Below, piece by piece: positions 23,901 to 35,609 of a stretch of DNA of 64,000 nt. Where the stretch lies: positions 1,488,001 through 1,552,000 of the forward strand of contig VJWM01000044.1 in assembly GCA_010909165.1 (NCBI GenBank), given 5' to 3'. Position 1 is the first letter of the stretch. Every line of letters starts with the position of its first letter. The notes under the pieces are model-generated. The model ran no database searches and had not been told where the DNA came from. It saw only the letters and a list, made by a program, of their open reading frames with translations. This DNA is from Anthoceros angustus. Lineage: Eukaryota > Plantae > Anthocerotophyta. Made by a program: the position numbers and the translations under genes.

Positions 23901-26900
23901 CGAGATGGAAAAGAACAAGAAGGTGCGGTGGGGTGTCGAAAGGAAGGGAGTCGGGAGTGGAAATCTTGGAGGTGTCTACTCGTAGCCGAAGGAAGGAGCG
24001 ACGAGAAAGGCGATTGAAGAAGAACAAAGGCGGAGAAGCGTCACGGGCCGAGGAAGGCAATCAAGCGGAAATACCAGCAGAGGATCCGGCCATGAAGGAG
24101 GGTGGGCGGCTCTGGGAGGATTACCGAAGGAAGTTCTCCGTCAGGGGAGGAGAAGGGGCGGTGCCTCCGCGGCCGATTTCCGGACGTGGTCAGGAGGTGG
24201 AGATGTTGCGGAGGAAATGCGCAAGCATCCGGAGAATACCGAACACAAGTGACCGGGAGAGGATGAGGACGCAGCAGGATCCTCGATTGGGGTAGAAGCC
24301 TCTGCCCCTTTAATGTGGACGATGATGAATCGGCACCTTGTGTCCTTTCGGCGCGAGGATAACCCGAAATACCGGCAAGAGGTCCGTCGGGCCGTTAGGA
24401 AACCCACCTCGGCGGAGCACCAAAGCCGGAAGGGTAGCAGTGGAAGTGAGGTGGTGTCCCATACGGACCCAGGCGCCCGATGGTACAAGTGGAGATTGGA
24501 TGTATCATCAAGGATGTACCGTTGGACACGGGTCCGAGTCAACCTCATCAAGCCACGGCACGAAAATTGGGCTTCACATCCTTGAACCCTCAACGAAGAC
24601 TCGAGAATGGCGGACATGTCAAGAAGAGATCCGTGGGAGTTAACCGAGTCTTGGCCACCATAGCGCACCCTACAAACCGGATTTTGTTGTGATCAAACCG
24701 GCCGGACCATTAGGGTATGAGGTGTTCTTTGGGCGGCCATGGTGGGTTGGCCAGACAAGCTACACTTTGGAAGGAAGGAGATTCACTTCAAGCCGGTGGT
24801 GGGACCCTAAGGTGCGAGAAGGAGGTTGCTATCACGGAGCAAGGACACCTATTGTGGGAAGCTGAGCACTACCGAAGGGTATACCTCGTGGAGGACTCCA
24901 AGCGAACAAGATAGTTCAGGAGGCGTACCCTTTCGCCAAGATCCGGTCCGAGGAGGAGATGGACTACCGGCGGGATGCCTTTGGTGCGGAAGTGGTTGAT
25001 TGTTTTGAGTAAACGCCACAACGGGCCGGAGGAAGGAAGTGAAGAGGAGGTCGGACCCGGGAGGCAGTGAAGAGTCGGACCAAGGAAAAGCGGACATCGA
25101 AGGAGTAACACGATTCACCTCACGAGCTCTTGAGAGAATGGGGATGCGAGGACGATCCCGAGGAGGACGAGGGGTTTGGGCCGAGGAGCAGGAGGCAGTG
25201 AACCCGGACGTGGAAGAAGTGGAGGTCCGGCCAGCAAATTCACGAAGTTTAAGAAAGGCATGCCTCGGACTGAAGGAAGGACTAAAGCACTGGGGAGTTT
25301 TGCGGTGTTCGCCTTCAAGGTCACGGACATGAAGGGCATTCAAGAAGTGGGAGAGCATAAGATCGATTTGAAGCCGGAGGCGGTGCCGGTCGAATCCGAC
25401 AATACAAGCTCAACCCCAAGTATTCGATCAAGGTGAAGGAGGTCCTTGATAAGTACACGGAGGCGGACATCATTTTCCCCATCGTCAGCAGTGAGTGGGT
25501 CGCTGATTGGTGGTTCCCAAGAAAGCACAAATTCGGTATGCCAAGATTGGAGGAAGCTCAAGAACGGAGAAGGACCACTTCCGATGCCATTCGTGACGAC
25601 ATTTTGGACAAGGTGGTGGACGGACTACTTACTCCTTCTGGATGGCTACTCCGGATATAACCAATTGCACCTAAGGGAGTGATTTGGACAAGACGACCTT
25701 CACTCTGAGTGGGGGCGTTTGCCTACAAGAGAAGTGCCTTTGGGATGACCGAGCGCCGGTCGTTCATGCGTATGGTGACCAACGTCTTAGTGACTTCGAG
25801 GGACTTCATGGAGATATTCTGGATGATTTTGTGTGCATGGGGAGCGGGACAAACACCTTGGGCATCTAAGAAGGTGCTTGGGCTGGGAGACTCAATTGAG
25901 CCTACACCCGAGAAATGCTACTTTGGAATGACGGAGGGAATCTTCTTTGGGACATCGGGTGTCGGCGGGGAATCGAGGTGGACCAGACAAGGTCCGGTCA
26001 TCCGATCTCTCCGGCCAGAACCTAAAGGAGCCGAGAGGTTTCACAGGAATGGTGGGATACTACCGCGGTTTATTAAGGACTTTGCGAAGAGGGCTAAGTT
26101 AGCGGAACTCTGCGGAAGGAGGAGGTTTGGACACAGTCACGGGAGCGAGAGGAGGCCTTTGATTCTGAGAACACCTTGGTAAGCGCACGGTTCTAAGAGG
26201 ACGGGGAGCAGAAATTTCATGTGTATGTAGATGTCCGCTTTTGCTATCGGAGTAGTCTTGAGCCGGAAGGGCGACAAGCGGCGGGATTATCCGTATACTA
26301 CGGGCGGACTCACCCACGGCAATACACAACTACAGGCCAAGCACGGGTATGGTATATCTTGTCAAGAAATTCGACACTACCTACTACCGGTGAGTTTGTG
26401 TTCTATGTAGACCACTTTTGAAGCATCGGTGAATAAGACGGACTGTCGGACGGATAGCAAGGTGGATATTGTTGCTGCGAGGAGTTCACGTTGAAGTGGA
26501 AACAAGACAAGGGAGGCGCACCAAAATGCGATTTCATCACGATTGAAAACAGGCGGTGTTGAGAGATCAGGAAGATGCGTTCCCGGATGAGACATTGGTT
26601 GCCGCAGTAAAAGTACAACCGGAGGAGCCCAGCCGACCGAACCCCAAGCTACGAGCGGCCTTAGCGAGCGGAGAAGGGAGGGCCGCGGTGTCCGACCTAC
26701 GAAGAAATAGAGCGGTACCTCTGGGGAATGGAGCTTCCCGAAAATCTGACTCGTGGACAGAGGGAGGCATTCGTGCACTATGCTCGACCCTTGAGAATGT
26801 ACAACGGTGTGTGTTCAAATTAGGGCGGACGGAGTAGAACGAAGGTACTTGCGAGCAGGAGGCGGTCGTCGAGGAATGCACGAAGGATTGGGGTGGACAC

Positions 26901-29066
26901 TACGCAAAGACAGTCACCACCAAAAGATTTTGAAGCGGGATCTTGGTGGCCAACAATGTATGGGGACACCCACCGGTTTGTGAAGAAGTGTGATGCTTGT
27001 CGGATCGGAAAGCCAACCCCGACACGGTGGCCGCTAGTACCGATATTGGCGCACCTTCGAAAAGTGGGGTATTGACTTTGTTGGACCTATCTGACCTCGA
27101 CAAGACACACAAAGGAGATACATCCGGTGGCGGACTCGCACGGTGGGTAGAGGCGGTGGCGACAAGAACGGACTCCGCAAACACTGTGGCCAAATTCCTG
27201 TACGAGAACATCATAACCCGGTACGGATGTCCGCTGCAGTTGGTAAGTGATAGGGGAACCCATTTCCTTAATGATGTGGTGGCCGCCATGACGGAGTATT
27301 TCGGCATCAATCATCGCAAGACGGCACCCTACAATCCTAAGGCCAATGGGCTGACAGAGAAGACAAATGGGCTCATCTGCAGGATTCTGAATAAACTCAC
27401 AGTGAACTACGCCCATGACTGGGATACCAAGCCATCCGCCTTGTGGGCGTTCGGACAGAGAGAAGGTGACCACACAACGGACCCTTACTTCTTGACCTAC
27501 GGACACTCTCCGTAATGCCGGTGGGGTTTGAAGTGCCCACTTTTCGAGTAATGATGGAAGGAGGCGCGGAGGAAAGCCAGCTCGGCGACTCTTGGGGTTT
27601 GTGCAACACACAGAGGATGTGGAAGAAGCTCGGTGAAGATGCGATTGGTGCAAAACCGGTGAAGATTTGGCACGATCGCGGAATCGGGAGTATGTAAAGG
27701 AAGGGACTGGCCCTCCTTTATGATAGTCGTACATGCATTTTCCGTGCAAACTTCACGAGATGGATGGGTCCGTACCAAGTGGTGCAAGTATATGACAACG
27801 GGTCCGTCCACTGACTAGATGGAGGCTGTGCCCACTCGGGTGAGCGGGTGGCGGGTGAAGAAGTATCATGCTTAGTGTTGGCGGAGACGCCAACAGATGA
27901 GAAGGGGAGTATGTGGGCTATGCACTTCCCTGGGGAGTTAGGAAATAAGTAGGGTTTCTGTTTTTTTTAGGATTGAAGGATAAATAAGGCGGAAAAGGAG
28001 GAATAAATTGGGGTGGCGCTCGGACGAGGCTCGGGTATACTCGGACCACAAGTCCGGACCACGAGGTCCGGACCACGAGGTCCGGACCACGAGGTCCGGA
28101 CCCGGGAAATAAGCGGACTCCACGAGAGTTCGGGGAGTCGAGGCAGACCTCGAGGGGCCGAGGTGGCGATGAGGAGGAGCCCTTGAGAGCCGATAGTTGG
28201 TGGCCCCACCCCCAAGGACCTGTGGAGGCAGGAGGATGACGTCGTGGTAGCGGTTGTCGACCAGAGCTAACTGACGAGATTCGGGAGAGGAGGGCCCGCC
28301 TCACGGATCATCCGATTAGCACTGGCTGTGGGGGGTTGGACCACCCATTCAAGGCGGGGCCAGGACCTCCACAGTGTGAGATAGAGGTAGGGGTAGGCGG
28401 CGATTAGGGTATACCGGTGGCTATCATTTCGAATAGGGGTGTAATAAAGGCGCCACCTTGGGCGCGATATAAGAGAGGAGGCTGCTCTAGTAAAGCATCT
28501 TTCTCTTGGTGTTGATGCCGCGTTCTTGCAGACCTTTGTGAGTCTTCTTGCTAACGTGAGTCACGAGTCCGCGACGGCAGCTCGGGAGATTGATCAAGGT
28601 CCCAGTGACGGACTTAACGCGTTGTGGTGTGTGCAGGGAAGGGTGACTGGTGATCCGTGCTCGTCCCGGCCAGCGGCCCGAGCGGATGGGAACGTGAGCC
28701 GGAGGAACTCGGGAGGTGTGTAGAGCCGGACGGAGAGGCCCGCGAACGACGGAGGAGGTCCGGATGCGTAACCAGCGTGTCTTTTCTAAGATCAAGAGTG
28801 TAGCGTGAGAGGAGAGAAGAAAGGACCGATGCGTGAAGGATGTATGTGAACGATACGGAGCAGGTCCCTAAGCGTTTAGCCATACCGGGCCCTGCGGTGC
28901 CACGTTGTGAGTAGTTAGGAGTATGTGTGTGCGAGGCGAACGAGCACTAAGGACGGTAAGAATCACCAAACGCGTAACGCCTATCATTCCCTTGGGAACG
29001 GACTTCTTCCTACAACGACACGGGATTGTGCGCGCCCGGCTGGCCATCAGCAAAAGTCCCGCCACA
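20977..29066 (+). mobile_element. Ty3/gypsy (Athila/Tat-like non-chromovirus) LTR retrotransposon, heavily frameshifted, nested in copia-2
   Basis: LTRs 20977-22140 and 27912-29066 (TG..CA). TSD GAAGA at 20972-20976 and 29067-29071. PBS TGGCGCCGTTGC (tRNA-Asp type) at ~22144 and PPT at ~27896-27910. CCHC CAVCQQHGHSKSNC, protease LDTG, RT LDGYSGYNQ, integrase WVEA..SDRGTHF..NGLTE, in gypsy domain order. Confidence 0.95.
22951..23220 (+). repeat. ~124-bp purine-rich tandem duplication inside gypsy gag
   Basis: AAGAAGAAGCGGGGTTCGGACTCAGGAGG.. occurs twice, 124 bp apart. Confidence 0.85.
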
Positions 29067-32000
29067 GAAGACAGGATTCTTGGATAACGCTATGGCTGAT
29101 TGGTTATCACACCATACCCTTGTAGCTCCTGCTGGCAGCTGTTGGAGACCTCTAAGGAAAGAACGTATCCAGATCACCTCACGGGCAGCTTGAGACAAAG
29201 CTCCATACTCAGCTTCAGTCGAAGATAAACAAATGGTAGTCAACTTTTTGCTCGACCACGAAACCACTGAGCCTCCTAATAAATTGCAATATGCTGCTAT
29301 GCTTCTCCTAGAGTCTGGGTCCCCAGCCCAGTCTGCATCACAGTAAGATGTGAGGATCAGGCCTCCAGCCTGCTTTGTATACTTGAGCCCTAGTCTCGGA
29401 GTGCCCTTTAAATAACGGAAAATCCGTTTCACAGCTATCCAGTGAGCTTCACCGGGATTCTCGAGGAACTGTGAAACATTACTAACAGCCCTCGCAATGT
29501 CCAACCGCGTCCAGGCTGCTAAATAGATGAGACTCCCGACTGCTTGCCTGTAAGGGCGTGAGGACATCAAGTCCTTCTCCTCTTGTGTTGTCGGGCATTG
29601 CTCCTTTGACAGCTTCTCACCTGTAGACATTGGAGTCGAGACTGGACGCGCATCTGACATATGGAAACGTTGTAACAACTGGTGAACAAAATGTTCCTGG
29701 TGGATTTCCACAGTGTGCCTATCAGAAGAGAACTGAAACTGAACTCCTAAAGAAAAACATAACTCACCTAAATCTGTCATGTCAAAACGAGACAACAAGA
29801 CACTCTTAATTCTAGCCATCAAAACCAAAGATGTACTAAAAAGGAAGTTATCATCAACGTAAACTGACAATATTAGGAAATCCTCTCCATCCCAAAGTAT
29901 ATAGACACTACTATCAGCATCTAAACATATGAATCCTAACTCAATAAGCAAAGCATGAAATGTTTCATTCCAGGCTCTACTGGATTGCTTGAGGCCATAA
30001 AGTGTTTTAAGTAGCAAACAAACTTTGTCCTTGTCCACTTGAAAGCCCTCTGGCTGCTGCATATATATTTCTTCTTCAAGTGAGCCATTAAGAAAAGTCG
30101 TCTTCACGTCGAGCTGGTGGACATGTAGTCCGTAATGGGCTGCCAAAGATAATAAGATCCTAACTGAAGTAGATTTGACCACAGGAGCGAACGTCTCATT
30201 GTAATCCAAACCAGCAACTTGGCTGTATCCTTTGGCAACAAGCCTTGCCTTATATCGGCCCACGCTACCATCAGTATTGAGCTTCTTTTTAAAGACCCAC
30301 TTACATGAGACAGGTTTGCGACCTGGGGGTAAGTCCACAAGTTTCCAAGTACCATTAGCTATGAGAGAATTATACTCAGCGTCTATGGCGGCCTTCCAAA
30401 AACCGGATTCTGGACCCTCTAAAGCCTCCTTATATGTAGCAGGTTCACCTAAGGAGGAGGAGGCACTAAGAGCAGTAGCAAAATGAGAGTCCAACGCAGC
30501 AAGGCCAACTTGAAAAGAAGGATCAAACCACTCATGCATTGGTCGACGAAGACGAGAGGAACGTCTAATGGGAACATCTTCAGCAGGAGTAGAAGTAGCA
30601 TCTACAGGTTCCGCTACGACTGGCGGTTCGAAGGTAGCGAGAGGAGGATCAACAGAGAGTTCATGTGCATCAGCAGCGGAAGGTTCAGCTAGAGTAGGCT
30701 CAAGAGGGACTGGAGGGTCAACTGTTACAGGTTCAACAACAGGAACGGGTGCAGCAATGGGAGATAGGACCATCTCATCTGATTCAGAAGGTGATGATTG
30801 GGACTGCATGTTGGGCCCCCGTGAAGCTGAAGAAGTTGAGCCTACAGGTGAATCTTCAAAATCAAAGATGGAAACATCAGTGTCATTGTCAGCAACATAA
30901 TCCATGTCATCATCTACACCATGAATTGTGGCTGGTAGTGGTGCAGAAGAGGGAGAAAGCAAACTGTCATGTCTTCGCAACAAAGCATGCTCATGAAAAA
31001 TGACACTACGAGAATATGACAGCTGCCTTGTGCTGGGATCAAACAGCTTATAGCCCTTCACATCTTCAGCATAACCAACAAAAATACGCCTTACTGCCTT
31101 GGGATCTAGCTTGCTGCGAAGTTGAGAAGGAACAAGAGCATATGTTGGGCTGCCAAAAATCCGCAAATGTGTGATGCGAGGCTTCTTGCCTATCCACCGT
31201 TCATAGGGGGTGATGAGCCCAAGTTCCTTCGTAGGGAGTCGATTCTGAACATAATTCGCAGCAACAAGTGCCTCAGCCCAATAGCCACGAGTTAAACCAG
31301 CGAAAGATAAGCTAGAAAGTGTGGCTTCCTGAAGAGTCCTATTTTTCCGTTCAGCAAAAGCATTCTGTGCCGGGGTACATGGAACAGTGAACTGATGGAT
31401 CACTCCTTCTGAAGAACAAAAAACCGAAAAAGCATGACTGATATATTCTCCACCATTATCAGATCTGAAAATCTTGAGCTTACAGCCTGTCTGCCTCTGT
31501 GCCATGGTGACAAAATCTTGAAAACAACTGAAAGTATCACTTTTGCTGTGGAGCACGTAAACTGTACAGTAACGGCTCCACTCGTCAATAAAGGTTAGAA
31601 AATAATAGGCACCACTAAAGGATGCTGTGGACATGGGTCCACAAAGGTCACTATGGAGTGTATGAAGGAGACTAGGAGCTCTAGACATATTTTGATCTCG
31701 AAAGGGTTGGGAGATGGCTTTACTTACTTGACATGAGTCACAAAATGCCTGGTTGTCAAAGGGAAAAGACAAGGAATCTCGAAAGGAAGTGTTGTTCACT
31801 AACAGGGAAAGGCGCTGAAAATTAACATGCCCCAGTCGGCAGTGCCAAAGTTGAGTAGGAGAGAGAGATGTAGTTTGACTAACTTGAACAGTGCTCTGTT
31901 GTGGCAGGGTTCTAACATTCAAGAGATACAAGTCATTATAAGGAGTGCCAGAAAAAATTTCATCCCAACCGGGTATGCTAGAGATAGAACAGCCTGTATG

Positions 32001-33238
32001 GTCAAAGCAAATCCTACAAGAGTGTTCCTCGGTTAGTTTAATGACAGACATCAAGTTTTTAGTCATTGCTGGGACAAAAAGTACACTTGTAAGAATCATG
32101 ACATCTGAATTAGGTAACTCAATCGTGACTGAACCCGAGCCCTTAATGGAAAGACCACTATCATCTCCTAACAGAACGAACTGGTGGTTATCAGAAGAAG
32201 GTACAAAATCACGAAAAGCACACCTGTCATAGCAGATATGGCTGGTGGCCCCCGAATCTAAAAACCACATATCAAACTGTATATGGGTTGACACCAAACA
32301 AACAGCTAATATGGAAGGGGACTTAGCAGGCATAGTTGGTTTGGATGCAGTCAAATTTGATTCGGGTGGATTGCCTTCCTTGCGGGGTTCACCCGCACGC
32401 TTCTTTCTACAATCCCTCTCATAATGGCCTGGAACCTTACACCAATTACATGTAAAGGTTTTCCTTTGGAGGTTGGGTGGCTTGGCTGTTGAATAGCCAC
32501 CTCGTCCTTGTCCACCACGGCCTCGTCCACCGAAGCTCCCTCTGCCTCGGCCAGAAAAGAGAACTCTGGAGTGTTGCTGTGCACCTTGTTTGCCTTTGTG
32601 AAAACTCTTAGTACGTTCCTCTGCTAACAAAGCACCAAATAACTCTTCTAGAGTTAGGGCCGGGAGTCCTCCTGCGGCTGCAGCTGAGGATCTGGCAAAT
32701 TGGGAACTCATGAAATGACTGTAGCCTTCAGGTAGGGATGCAAGTAGACTTGTTCCAGCTTGTTCCTCTGTAAGGATTGTGCCACAATAAGCCAAAGTAG
32801 CACGTGCTGTCCGGAATCGATTAATGTAAGACTCCACAGATTCGTTGTCCTTCATCCTCATGCCATAAAAATCCCTGTGTGCAAATACTTGAGATGCACT
32901 ACTCTTGTCCTTATAGATTTGACTGAAACTATGCCACACAGCTGCAGAGGTGTCAGCACCCAAAGTGTGAGGCAACATGTTTCTATCCAAGGAGGCTATG
33001 AGAATGGAGCAGGCCGCATCCTTCCTCTTCGGTGAGGATGTCGTGACATTGGTTCTTTATGTGACTATTGCGTTAGCGGGCGTCTGGGGCAAATCTCACT
33101 CCCATCGACCACCGACATTAGCTCATTTTCCTCCAGAATCTGCGTCAATCTCATTGACCAGGAATTGTAATCGTTTCCGCTGAAACGATCCTTGTCCCTG
33201 AATTCGATCTTCAGGGTTGTTTGAGGAAGAGCCACCAT
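29067..33238 (-). CDS. copia-2 gag-pol polyprotein (gag, protease, integrase, RT, N-terminal RNase H); one frameshift near 33030-33070
   Basis: Open frame 32990..29067 with CNWCKVPGHYERDC, WFLDSGAT, WHCRLGH, SDNGGEY, QLDVKTTF, YVDD, DADWAGD and DNQSAI; gag N-terminus DRFSGNDYNSWSMRL at 33238-33065. Confidence 0.95.
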
Positions 33239-34199
33239 GGTTGATGTGGATGCCCCCGTTGATGAGGACGTCATTCTTCTGCGAGAACTTGAGGCGTCGT
33301 AGCGTGACGCGTGTGATCTACCCGAGGTCAACCTCAGATCTGTGACGAGGGCGCCTACACCTTCCCGTCGTCTGCCTTCGCGATTCCCAGCAGTGGGCTC
33401 TCGAGGGCGCCTAAACTGTTCTCCTAAAATGATGCATTCATCAATGTCCGGATCGGATGAGCAGATCTATGTCAAATTCATCGCCAGTAGGTAGCATCTA
33501 CAAGTGACATCGTGCTCAAACACAAGTCGTTGTGAGTCGCGCTCATGACGTCTTGTGGAAATTCTGGTTCGTGAAGCATTCTGATGAGTCTGACATGTGA
33601 GATAAAGCTGGGTGATGCCGGCAGTGAGGCTCTCAACCAAAGCCAGCAAATCACGAATTTTGGCCCGAGCAATGAGGGCTTCAATTTCCTTAGACTGTTT
33701 GTTTGGGCGCCGCCTGAATCGCGATGTAGGAATGCCTGGAGGAATTGCCGATGTGCGTCTACAAGAGAAGAATGACGGGCTCACGCTGCGCCTTGTGCAG
33801 TTAGGGCAGGCTGCATGCCGCGACACGGGTTGCTGGGAAGCAAATGTGTTGTTGTGCTCCTGGCAACTCTGACAAATGAAACCCGTCCCTTCAGGGGAGA
33901 AATTGCTTGTGGCTATGTAGACCTTCCTCCCAGGCGCGCGTGAGGATGTCCCTCTCCCTTCCCGCACATGGACGCTCGTGCAGATTACCTACGGCTCTGA
34001 TACCATAAAGCAATCGAGGATCGGAGGGGCACGAGCGGGTGCGAGCGTAGGCATGAGCGCACGAGAGACAGGAGATGAAAGAAAAACGGTTATAAAATTC
34101 AGCAGAAAAGGAAAACATATATACACGAGTTCTTAGTCCATTTTTTACTGTTCATAAAACTATAAAGTCCTATTTACTATTTCTTCACTTCAGACTTCG

Positions 34200-34630
34200 C
34201 ATGCGTCGAGACGCGTGGGGACTTTGCGGGGACATGCAGTCATATGAAGCATAGACATCTCAGTAAGCATTGTTTTGGCTGCAGACAAAGGCGGACATGA
34301 GGAGGCGTCCGAGTCCGATTGAAGCCAGACGGTTTGCAACTCCTTCCAGACATTCGTTCCACTCCCCCTTATCATGGCAGAAAGTGCCAGGTCGACCAGT
34401 CTCATCCTATCCTCTCAGAAAATCAACAACAGACTTTGCACAAATAGAGCTCCAGTAGCACAAAGCCGAAACTGTAGACATGGCTCCTGCGAGTCAGCTG
34501 GAAGCTGTCATAATATTCTGATCGGCGTAGCCTAAGTAGCTTGTGACTATCCAGACATGAGTGGCTGCCCTGCCAGGAGCCAGCCTGGCAAAGCCGAAAC
34601 CTGGCACCTTCGTATTCTGTGTGTGAGATC
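34200..34630 (-). pseudogene. Degenerate receptor-like kinase fragment (subdomains VII-XI, WAK/RLK-like)
   Basis: KVPGFGFAR (DFG-like) then SEYYDSFQLTRRSHVYSFGFVLLEL, compared with the RLK consensus PEY..QLT.KSDVYSFGVVLLEL; frameshifted. Confidence 0.7.
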
Positions 34631-35317
34631 ACGATGGATGAGGCAGTTATGCCTTGCTGCTTGAATAAGAACTATGCGCCCTCAGTCTACCACAACGCCG
34701 GTGTCGTGCTCGCTTGAGTCATCCACAGGGAGGAGGGCACCATGTCCTCCATGTCCACGTGGTTCACAGCAGGAAGGCTGGCGTAGGGGGCCAACCACTG
34801 AGCTCACACCTTCTTCCAGTAGCGCCGGCGCCCGCTCCATTCAATGCACGGCATCACGCTGGAAAACCCTGAACTGGCCATAGCTAGATGGCTGATACTC
34901 CGGCGTAAAGAGGGCGCCCTTGGCCAGTTTTCGTGCTCCGGCTTGGAGATTCCATGTCCCGTCCATCACAACAATGTTATCCATTCCTATCAAGGGCGCC
35001 ATAGCTTCCATTGTGTGCAAACGCGGAACTCCGGAGTAGGGCGAGGGTGCTCGTGCTCAGAAAGTGGAGCCAGGGCTAGTAGACCGCGGGCTTTAAGTTG
35101 CCTGGGCAGAAGAACGCGTGTGCAGAAGGCCACCATTGAAAGGGGTGAGATGATTACTTCTCATTGAATCATGCCCATGTATGAGGAAAGCAAGCCTAGA
35201 TGGCCAATCAGTGAGATGGATTTTGAATTTGTGAGTGAGGCCTTGGGCATGAATGGGCAAGATGTTAGAAAGGTGAGAAAAACTTTGGACATGTATCTAA
35301 AATTTCTATTGCCCTTT

Positions 35318-35495
35318 GTTGTGATGCTCGAAGTCTGCTTTGTTTGTGATGCTCGAAGTGCTGCTTTGTTTGTGATGCTCAAGTCCTTTGTTTGTGATGC
35401 TCGAAGTGCATTGTTTGTGATGCTCGAAATGCATTGTTTGTGATGCTCAAGAAATGCACTTTGTTTGTGATGCACGAGGTGCCTTTGTTTGTGAG
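35318..35495. repeat. ~22-26-bp minisatellite with core TTTGTGATGCTCGAAG, ~7 copies
   Basis: Repeated GTTTGTGATGCTC.AAG units. Confidence 0.85.
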
Positions 35496-35609
35496 CCTAG
35501 AAACAGCGAACCCTCAAGCACTGCACAGACATGCGGCTTCACCCCCACTAGTCTGGGAAGCTTGGAACCAGCACTCACACGCACATGCCAGTCTATGAGC
35601 CTAGTGAAA

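Larger units (their letters stand above)
19773..34187 (-). mobile_element. Young Ty1/copia element (copia-2) interrupted by a nested gypsy
   Basis: Apparently identical 182-bp LTRs at 19773-19954 and 34006-34187. TSD CTTCA at 19768-19772 and 34188-34192. Met PBS at 33994-34005 and PPT at 19955-19964. The pol frame continues across the gypsy insertion (..SKNPVF|HARSKHIE..). Confidence 0.97.

Noticed and set aside
29010-29066. C-terminus CGGTFADGQPGAHNPVSL of the 1326-aa ORF
   Set aside because: Read-through into the gypsy LTR; the true pol end is at 20762-20976.
34700-35010. Minus frame containing IVVMDGTWNLQAGARKL as a DTW-domain gene
   Set aside because: Only a short motif resemblance, an in-frame stop follows, and no other family motifs were seen.
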